DNA of 58,855 bases from Phoronis australis. Its lineage: Eukaryota > Animalia > Phoronida. The stretch is taken from positions 1 through 58,855 of the forward strand of contig NMRA01001081.1 in assembly GCA_002633005.1 (NCBI GenBank). Reading direction: 5' to 3'. The notes beneath the pieces are model-generated. The model saw only the letters and a list, made by a program, of their open reading frames with translations, had not been told where the DNA came from and did no database searches. Shown piece after piece: positions 49,091-58,855 of the stretch. The position numbers and the translations under genes are program-made. The first letter of the stretch is position 1, and every line of letters starts with the position of its first letter.

Positions 49091-49744
49091 ACCTGATATT
49101 TCTTCTCAAGCCTGAAAATCAATTCTAATCTGAACAAGGAACAAAATGAGACCGATTTTAGAACACTAGGTAGCCTACCGTGATTCAGAAAATAGTTTTT
49201 TAAAACAATGTCGCCGCAATTTGTACAGATATAGAGATACATTGGCCAAACATACCTATCGCAGAAAATAAGTGCTTTGTCAAGAGACGTGTTAGGTTGC
49301 ACGTGGTGAGGAACTGCCAAATAAACTCTCAAATAAATTATTCAGTACCTAATCATAAATAAAATGGTGATTTTGTTTTTGATTATTTGCGGTTGCCAAT
49401 GTATTTCAATGTGCCCTCCTTTATGAGGTTCCTTGTCACTGCACGGCTCTACGTGAAAGTTCGTGGCTCAAAGTACGTGTGTCGGTGTTGAGGGTGATTT
49501 GTCAAGAACGCCATCACGGTAGAGATGTCTTTATTTGGAACACCAACTAAAATTTTACATTTGCCCTTTTATATAATATAGCTCGTGACTTGACAGTTTT
49601 TATAGCTATCAAAATAACCTTTTATGATTGACAAATGCGATTTGTCAATCATTGAAAGCTACAAAATGCTAAGTACAAAAAATATGAAATGTCTGTCAAT
49701 TGAGGCAGGTAGCACAGCACCCTATGTTAATGATAAAAAATAAT

Positions 49745-49945
49745 TGCAGGCGGTCTGATACACGTTGTATCAGACGTGCGCAGGCCTCACATGTGGGCCC
49801 ATTGCACTGATCACCTGGAAATATTTTTATGCTTTATTGATATATGGTTAAAACCGAGTTGAGGAGCTAGAAACCTGGCTCAATGGTTTAGCAGTGTGAC
49901 CTGGTGGGACTTGAACCCACGACCTCGAGTAAAGAAAGCGGGCCA
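49745..49945 (-). mobile_element. Probable tRNA-derived SINE copy
   Basis: Paralogous to 18620-18795; gggacttgaacccacgacc is a reverse B-box-like motif. Confidence 0.55.
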
Positions 49946-50509
49946 CATCGAGGTCAATATGTATTTTTAGACAACGATCGCCGAGCTTGTTTTGAGTCCC
50001 TAGTGCACAGACGTTAGACTGTTGTACTTCAACTTGGAATCCTGCTTAATCTCAAGAATAAGCGGAAGTGAGTGTTGCGTGAACTTGCAATTCCAAGATC
50101 ACGCAAGTGATCTTGAGATTAAGCAAACTGCCAAACCCAGTACGTGAACTTGGAATCTTGCGTGAACTTGGCACTAAGCAGCTGCTTGGCACACAATCAG
50201 AGAACAAGGCGCTTGGGCTGAAATCGTTACTGAACCGGTAGGCTACGGAGAGAAGGGATTTCTAAAAAATCGAGATAAAGCTTTCGTGGCCTGGTCATGA
50301 ATACTGGGAGGGACTGGAATAAAAAATCATTTAAGGACTGTATTGTTATTACACGTCCCTCAGTAATGCACCGGGCATTCATGCCAGGTCATAGCCCTAC
50401 GACTACGGTGGTCATTTGAGTCGTATTATTTCTATGTTGCTGCCTATTCCAATATAAAAATAAAGCTGGATGTTTGAAATTAGTGCCTGGTTGACGTTAG
50501 ATCAAGGGG

Positions 50510-51800
50510 TGAATTAAACATTCTCTAACTGGCTGCAATACATTTTAAATGTTTTTTTTCTATTACCTTTAGAGCACTTCTGAGCGCATTCGCAGTTTTT
50601 TCTACCTTATTCCGAGTTTAAGCAAGCCACACTGGTTGCTTAAACTTGGAATAATTCAATTTCTTCTCTAAAATATTCGCGATGTGAACCAAACCTTCTC
50701 TTAATGATTGCAATACAATGTAAATGCATTTTCTATTACTTTCAAAACACTTATAAATGCAGTTGTTTTCTACCCAATTCCAAGTTTAAGCAAGGGCGTG
50801 GCTCGCTTCAACTTGGAATAACTCAATTTCTGCTTCACAAAAACTCACGTGGTGAACCAAACATTCTCTGACTGGTTGTAATACATTTTAAATGCTTTTC
50901 TCTATTACCTTTAGAATACTTCTGAGCGCATTCGTAGTTTTTTAACCCCGTAAATTCAACGTTTAAGCAAGATACGCCCTTGCTTTAACTCGGAATAATT
51001 CAATTTCTGCTTAACAAAAAAATCCCATAGTGAACCAAACATTCGGTAACTGGTTGCAAGACATTTTAAATGCATTTTCTAATAATTTTGGAACACTTCT
51101 GAGCGCATTCGCAGTTTTTTCTACCCAATTCCAAGTTTAAGCAAGGGCGTGGCTCGCTTAAACTTGGAATATTTCAGTTTCCGCCTTACAAAAAATCACG
51201 TGGTTAACCAAACATTCTTTCACTGGTTCCAATACATTGTAAATGCATTTTCTATTACTCTTGAAACACCCCTGAATGCATTTCGTAGTTTTTCGTACCC
51301 AATTCTAAGTTTAAGCAAGCCACGCCCTGGCTTAAAATTGGAATAATTCAATTTCTTCTTTGCAAAAAATCGTGTGTAGCAAATATTCTCAGACCGGTTA
51401 CAGTATGTCATAAATGCATTTTCTATTACGTTTGGAACACCACTGAATGTATTCTCAATTGTTTACTACCCAATTCCAAGTTTAAGCAGGCCAAGCCCTT
51501 GCTTAAACTTGGAATGATTGTTTATTAGCTTTACAAAGTCACTTGGTGAACCAAACATTTTCTGGCTGGTTAAAATATGTTGTAAGCACAACTTTTTTCT
51601 TATCTTGAGACTTTATTGAACAAGTTGACAATTATTTTCTTCAGTATTCTACGTTTAAGCAGGCCATTCTATTTTCGCTTTACAAACCCTATGTTGTGAA
51701 GTAAGCATTCCCTGAAAGATTACAAGACATTATGAACAATTTTTTGTATCCCCGTAAGTTATCAGCGATTAATTTTTACCCAATGTCAAGTTTAAAAGAT
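50510..51800. repeat. ~173-bp tandem array (about 7 units), each with an 18-bp inverted-arm palindrome
   Basis: ATTCCAAGTTTAAGCAAG-N7-CTTGCTTAAACTTGGAAT at 50609, 50777, 50954, 51128, 51302 and 51473, plus a truncated copy at 51646. Confidence 0.9.
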
Positions 51801-54615
51801 GACTGCAGTAAAACTAATGCAGCAGTAAACCGGTTCTAACATACACATAAAACTCACATTTGCCCGGGTTGCGCTCCAAACAAATCTGACTCACACTTAA
51901 TTGTAAAAACACTGCTGACAGCAGTCTCTGATTGGCTGATATGTCAGTGGTTGACAGGGCATCGACTGCTTATCACATATTTCTGCTCCATATTGGGGCA
52001 TTGAGTGGATAGAGTTTACATTGCGTTTTATAATTGTATCACCAATTCTCATTATTTACTGTTTTCCAGTGTAGTAAAAAATTCTCCATGCCTTTTTGTA
52101 TGGCATCTAGTTGTTCAAACTCGGCGAAAAAGGTGTCGTCCAAGAGGGCGGACATAGGACACCATCCGTTGCCCTTGCCTTGGTACAAAGCTGTATGCTA
52201 AATTAATTCAGAACAAAATACTGTTCCCTTAAATAAGAAAACTTGGAATCAATGTCTTTTCATTTCACAAAAAAACTAAGTGGTGAAGCAAGCTTTCTCT
52301 CGCAGATTACAATAAACTGTAAATGCAATTCCTGTTCTTGAGACAATTCCAACACATCAGCAATAGTCTTCTACATAATTTCAAATTTAACCAGTACTTA
52401 AAACAGTATGGGGTTTCACATTTTCAATTGTATAAAAATTTTAATACCTTTAATGAGACACTTTCATAGACAAAAATGAAATCCTCGAGTTGGGTCCATT
52501 CTTTTTGGAAAGCTCAGGGGGTCACGGAAAACATGTTCTACATGTTAGTGCAGGTGGACCGTAGTCTCTCACTGGAGATGATGTATGTTAAAACAAAAAT
52601 GGTGGATAGTTTTTAAAGATATTTAAACATAAGAATGTGACTTTGCTTTAACAATATCTGCATGGACAGGTCTAAGTTTTTATTTTTTCCAACATACCAC
52701 CAAATTATAATACAACATGAAATATACTCTGTAAAGGTACAAAGGCTAGCATACAGTATATTTCAAACTAAACTACACAATGTCGTAATTTGACAAGGCT
52801 AATAAAATATTTGTTTCTTTTCCAAAAGAATCCAATCCAATTCTAGCTAAATCTTAACAAAAACAACTTATTGCACAAGACCAGTCTCAAACAAAAAATT
52901 AAGGACTAGACACAATGTCAAAATTCAACTCTGACAAAAGTTCGACTACGTAAACTGACAAATTATTCTGGTAAGAAGTTTATCCAAATTTGGCAGTCTT
53001 GGAGACTTCTGTTGAAGTCTGTCAATTTGTTGGCATCAGGTGATACATAGTTACATCTAAAATGCTCTCTGCCCCCACCAATGTTTGAACCCAGAACTTT
53101 CTGCTAACCCGTTATTCAACACCTGATGAGATCAACATATGGCGTATGTGAAGACCAACAGTTATACGACATCATTCACTGCGCAGTAAAAGAAAAGTGT
53201 TCAAGCATCAGGTTAAGGTTATGGGAGATCCTAGACAAATGTCTAAACTTGCTAAAGCGGAAAACATATCTTGCAAATGGCTGATAGGATTCCAATAAAA
53301 ACTTTCAGATCTTGTACTTTATGCACTGTTCCCCATCAGGCTTTTAGTGATTGTCTTTTGACTGATCTACTTTGGCATGGGAGGGCTAGCTAAAACAGGG
53401 TCTTTCAGTAATTTCATGAAAAACTCAAACATTGATTAAAACGAAAAGGGTTACTGTAAAAACAAAATCGTCATTTTTCAGATTCCATCTTGAACATTTA
53501 TATAAAAAGAAAATTGGTCATGTTATCTACTCCACTGTTTTGTTATGAATGTATTCCCTTTTCCGGAATCTTATTAAAGATATGGTCAAAGGGCCCAATT
53601 AATGGTAGATTGATACATAAAGTCATTATATACAGACTCTCTACTTTCATGAATTAAAGTAGTGTTTTAGAAAGTTAAATTCCAAAATTTGTAGATATTT
53701 GTCAGTAAGGTGCCACATAACCTTATGTCCTGACATTAAATTTTGGGTTGCTCATGTTGTTTCATTACATGACAACTGATACTTCTGTCCTCTGATTGTC
53801 TGGAACACAGTTTGATAATTTTGACCCACCACCCTGTGGAATAACACTTTTCATTTACGCCACCAGGATGTCACGCAACTAGCAATGTGACCAATCAGAT
53901 ACCATAAAAATCATAAACCCTGACAACAAAGTAAGCAGACAATGTCAGTACATCAAACTTAGCAGTAATAAAAGAAATATAGACTGATCTATCAGGCAGA
54001 TTAGGTTACATAGACCTGAGAGGGACATATGCTGCATTTAAGGTGATTCATTGGCAAGCAGCTTCAAATGCTGTAACATCAATGAAATGGGGTCCTCCAA
54101 TTTTGGCTAATCTGTTTTATGCAGGATACAGTAGCACGAATGGTTATCACCGATTCCGTGTAAGCGATAAAGATGTTCACTAACATGTGCTGTCAATGAG
54201 ACCAGTTGTGTGTCCCTGATTTAGTGGCATGAACGTGCTGCGTCAGTTGAGGGGGACTCTTCCTCTTATCCGTGACTTTCTGAAAGACAGGAAGCTGCTT
54301 GGAACATGTTTAAAATAAATAGAATAGTTTAAATTCCTTTTATGCAAACACGATAATACTACATACAAAGCTCTCCAATCAAAAATACGCATTACATAAA
54401 AATTGTTTTCATATTGACGTGCACAAATACAAACGAGTTTTGAAAAGTGAACAAGGATCCAGATTTATTGTCAGTAGTTGAATGTTGGATCTAAAAGAAA
54501 GTCAAGTAAATGGAAAATCTATTATTCTCTGTTTCCACATTTTGTCAATGGTAATTTATTTGTCAGCAGATTCAAACAAGATCACCCATCGCATTCAAGT
54601 ATTTTATGTACTATA

Positions 54616-54845
54616 CAGTGGCGGATCTAGGATACCATAAGGGGGACGGCCCAACATGTTGCCTCAGGGAATTGGACAAAGCGCGATTGTATATGCATTC
54701 CACCGCAAAGTGGGATCTGAGCCCCCCCCATCCGCTACCGGTCCACTCCTAGTTAATGAACTCTCTTTTTCTTCGCGCTTCACGCTGTTTCTGTTTCATT
54801 TTGCTGGCGGCAGTCAAGGGGAGAGGGGGCGGGCCCCCGCCTATG
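54616..54845. mobile_element. Possible hAT-type MITE
   Basis: CAGTGGCGGATCTAG start and ...CCCCCGCCTATG end; GC-rich island in AT-rich DNA. TSD not clean. Confidence 0.35.
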
Positions 54846-54851
54846 CTATAG

Positions 54852-57800
54852 ACAACTAAATACAACCTATAAATGAAAGCGTTGATGGAAAAAACACGTT
54901 CCTGATAGAAGACAACCTTCAAAGACAATGACAACTGCATAAAAAAGCTGAAAATCACATTTCTTGCATAACGAAAAACCAATATTAACACAACTTAGAT
55001 ATGTCATTACCTCTGTAGGCTCCTCACTCACATTGAAACATTTGTATCAAACATTACTGTATGCCACCATGTTTCAGTCCAGTTGTTAAATGGTAACAAG
55101 TGTATTTAGAAATGTCAACAACCTGCACAAGACGCATATGCATATGTTACCTCACTCAGTCTAACATGGTTTTCAAACTGGGCAGTGGCTTGTAAGCTAT
55201 TGTGCCAAAGCAAGTGGTATGGACAGTGTTATTTCACTGGACCACTTTTGTCTGTCTTTACATACATTGGCGTATTGTTATGTGGGTCTGTACTGAGCAG
55301 AGAAAGGCAAAAATATCGTAGGCCAGAAAAGTCTAATCATCTATGAGAACATTCAAAACCTGTCAACAGAACTTCAGAAAGTTGTGTTCTGTAACTTTTG
55401 TCATATTGTCATCAATATTTAGACCTGATGACATCACACAGCACACCAATGAAAAACTAATATTCATTAAATTACACGTTTAAAAATGAAATGAGTATTT
55501 CCACTTTATTTGCCAGAAATAACACTTTTACTCAACAAGCGTTATCTGAACTTCTTCCTTAATCAGATAAGAAAGAATTACAGATCCCTGCTTAGACCAT
55601 GCTGGCAACGATTGGCGATGTCATAAGCCAGATATAAATGAAAACACTTCCACCAATTACGAGCAAATTGCGAGCTCCAAGCACTGGCGTATACACGGGG
55701 GGTGAGGTGGCAGGTACAACGGGGCATGACAAACTGTTCAATGTAAAACCCCTCTCGGTACGGTAGGCCTACATTCATTGTATCCTAGCTCTTAATCTTA
55801 ATCCTTTTCCTTGCAAAGGCCCCAGGTTACCAGTCATTTCAGCCCCTCGGTCACAAACCCAACCATCCCAGTCAAACCACCTTAACAATTACCAAGACCA
55901 GAATAACATACAGGATGGGCAATAAAAATAATTAAAACAGAAACAATAACCTACGACAACTGAATTCATGTCCACCATTCCACTTGCGTGAACTTGGAAT
56001 AGAAATTTATGCCAAGTTCACTCATGATTCCAAGTTGAAGTACAACAAAACGACACCGATCTATTATGGCTCGTAACTGGTACAAAAACTAGCGAGCAGT
56101 TTACTTAAGACCATCATAGGGCAAAAAAGAAAAAAAAATGTGTCTATAAGCCAACAAAAGTGCCAGGGCAACACGCTAGCAACCATCGAATACACAGTAA
56201 AGACCTTCGTATGCTTTCAATTTGATGGCAATAATTGTATCACTTCACTTGTATAAAACAGTTACATGTGAACAAATTATCACCACAGCTATAAGTGTGT
56301 CTACGGAGTGCAATCACTGGGATATGCCTCAGGATTCGTTTCTGTTTGTTAATGAAGTACGAATACTCTAAAATGCCCTATTTTAAGCCTTACACGTATG
56401 TCACGAGGCGGCCTGTATGCCTAGCACTGATTGCTAATATTGCCCTCAATAATGTTGGCTTACGTGAGGCTGTCAGTGGAAGTATTCATCCAGACAGTTT
56501 CAGTTTCGCTTTCGAAGTCGATTCCCATGAATTCTCGCAGTCAAGAACTAGCTAGCACTCTCGTTGCATTCCGCGGGGGGTGAGGCTCACGACTTAACGC
56601 TAAATATCGACACGCAGATCAGAACGACGTACACTGGCTACTATTTAGAATATTTTTAGTCCGACTTACGTACAAGCAAAACATTATTTGATTTCCCTTT
56701 TGTAAATAAATCCCATTGGCACTTTAAGTGACATCGAACTCCGTCAAAAATGTTTGTTTCAAACAAAAATTTTAGGAGAGAAAATGGCGGACAATAAAGG
56801 CTGCATTATTGAGTCATTTTGTTAACAGTNACAACTAAATACAACCTATAAATGAAAGCGTTGATGGAACAAACACGTTCCTGACAGAAAACAACCTTCA
56901 AAGACAATGACAACTGCATAAAAAAGCTGAAAATCACATTTCTTGCATAACGAAAAACCAATATTAACACAACTTAGATATGTCATTACCTCTGTAGGCT
57001 CCTCACTCACATGGAAACATTTGTATCAAACATTACTGTATGCCACCATGTTTCAGTCCAGTTGTTAAATGGTATCAACTGTATTTAGAGATGTCGACAA
57101 CCTGCACAAGACGCATATGCACATGTTACCTCACTCAGTCTAACATGGTTTTCAAATTGGCCGGGCAGTGGCTTGTAAGCTATTGTGCCAAAGCAAGTGG
57201 TATGGACAGTGCTATTTCACTGGGCCACTTTCTTTACATACATTGGCGTATTGTTATGTGGGTCTGTACTGAGCATAGAAAGGCAAAAATATCGTAGGCC
57301 AGAAAAGTCTAATCATCTATGATAACATTCAAAACCTGTCAGCAGAACTTCAGAGAGTTGTGTTCTGTAACTTTTGTCATATTGTCATCAATATTTAGAC
57401 ATGATGACCGGCATAACACAGCATACCAATGAAAAACTAATATTCATTAAATTGCACGTTTAAAAATGAAATGAGTATTTCCACTTTATTTGCCAGAAAT
57501 AACACTTTTACTCAACAAGCGTTATCTGAACTTCTTCCTTAATCAGATAAGAAAGAATTAGAGATTCCTGCTTAGGCCATGCTGGCAACGATTGGCGATG
57601 TCATAAGCGAGATATAAATGAAAACACTTCCACCAATTACGAGCAAATTGCGAGCTCCAAGCACTGGCGTATACACGGGGGGTGAGGTGGCAGGTACAAC
57701 GGGGCATGACAAACTGTTCAATGCAAAACCCCTCTCGGTACGGTAGGCCTACATTCATTGTATCCTAGCTCTTAATGATCTTAATCCTTTTCATTGCAAA

Positions 57801-58855
57801 GGCCCCAGGTTACCAGTCATTTCAGCCCCTCGGTCACAAACCCAACCATCCCAGTCAAACCACCTTAACAATAACCAAGACCAGAATAACATACAGAATG
57901 GGCAATAAAAATAATTAAAACAGAAACAATAACCTACGACAAATGAATTCATGTCCACCATTCGAAATTTTAGTTAACAGTTGCTCACTAGATGTCGCAA
58001 GTGCTTGCTTAATCTCAACTTGCGTGAACTTGGAATAGAAATTTATGCCAAGTTCACTCATGATTCCAAGTTGAAGTACAACAAAACGACACCGATCTAT
58101 TATGGCTCATAACTGGTACAAAAACTAGCGAGCAGCTTACATAAGACCATCATAGGGCAAAAAAGAAAAAAAATGTCTCTATAAGCCAACAAAAGTGCCA
58201 GGGCAACACGCTAGCAACCATCGAATACACAGTAAAGACCTTCGTATGCTTTCGATTTGATGGCAATAACTGTATCACTTCACTTGTATAAAACAGATAC
58301 ATGTGAACAAGTTATCACCACAGCTATAAGTGTGTCTACGGAGTGCAATCACTGGGATATGCTTCAGGATTCGTTTGTGTTTGTACGAATACTCTAAAAT
58401 GCCCTATTTTAAGCCTTACACGTATGTCAAGAGGCGGCCTGTATGCCTAGCACTGATTGCTAATATTGCCCTCAATAATGTTGGCTTACGTGAGGCTGTC
58501 AGTGGAAGTATTCATCCAGACAGTTTCAGTTTCGCTTTCGATGTCGATTCCCATGAATTGTCGCAGTCAAGAACTAGCTAGCACTCTCGTTGCATTCCGC
58601 GGGGAGTGATGCTCACGACTTAACGCTAAATATCGACACGCAGATCAGAACGACGTACACTGGCTACTATTTAGAATATTTTTAGTCCGCCTTACGTACA
58701 AGCAAAACATCATTTGATTTCCCTTTTGTAAATAAATCCCACTGGCACTTTAAGTGACATCGAACTCCGTCAAAAATGCTTGTTTCAAACAAAAATTTTA
58801 GGAGAGAAAATGGCGGACAATAAAGGCTGCATTATTGAGTCATTTTGTTAACAGT
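54852..58855. repeat. ~2 kb direct duplication (54852-56829 / 56831-58855) across a single n; probable haplotype overlap
   Basis: Both copies start acaactaaatacaacc and end ttttgttaacagt. They differ by scattered SNPs and small indels, e.g. an extra ~55 bp at ~57963-58018. Confidence 0.9.

Larger units (their letters stand above)
50020..56047. mobile_element. ~6 kb TIR DNA transposon (TGT...ACA termini, possibly Ginger-like)
   Basis: Perfect 22-bp TIR TGTTGTACTTCAACTTGGAATC / GATTCCAAGTTGAAGTACAACA. Flanks agac / aaac (3/4, possible 4-bp TSD). Subterminal gcgtgaacttgg repeats at both ends. Superfamily not confirmed by any transposase motif. Confidence 0.7.

Noticed and set aside
50510-51800. 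CRISPR-like or integron attC-like array
   Set aside because: Sequences between the palindromes are homologous to each other rather than unique spacers or cassettes.
56780-56795. AAAATGGCGG YY1-like/TSS motif suggesting a neighbouring gene start
   Set aside because: A single short motif at a contig end, with no ORF or splice support; such motifs are also common in repeats.

Overview
Eukaryotic, intron-rich animal DNA, most likely an invertebrate (lophotrochozoan-like, organism not determinable from sequence alone), from a draft assembly with single-n joins and N gaps. Two intact + strand spliced genes can be rebuilt by hand with consistent splice phases. (1) A tau-tubulin kinase (TTBK/Asator-like; 7 coding exons, 6416-18463, about 1150 aa) with DYG instead of DFG. 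(2) A strongly diverged squalene monooxygenase (SQLE)-like gene (8 coding exons, 28182-47326, 486 aa) with a GC-AG first intron, intact FAD motifs and substituted substrate-pocket residues. The rest is repeats: a 10-bp G-rich satellite (1-3333), several minisatellites, a pogo/Tigger-type element carrying a decayed HIRAN-like domain, two Kolobok-type non-autonomous elements built from two inverted 5' ends, and a nested transposon stack in SQLE intron 3 (hAT, THAP and THAP11-like remnants, LINE, MITEs). There is also a ~6 kb TGT...ACA TIR element holding a ~173-bp array of palindromes whose 7-bp cores occur in both orientations, and a terminal ~2 kb duplication that is probably an assembly/haplotype artefact. 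Best candidates for something new: the remodelled SQLE-like enzyme and the palindrome array with flipped cores. All homology calls are from motif recognition, not database searches.
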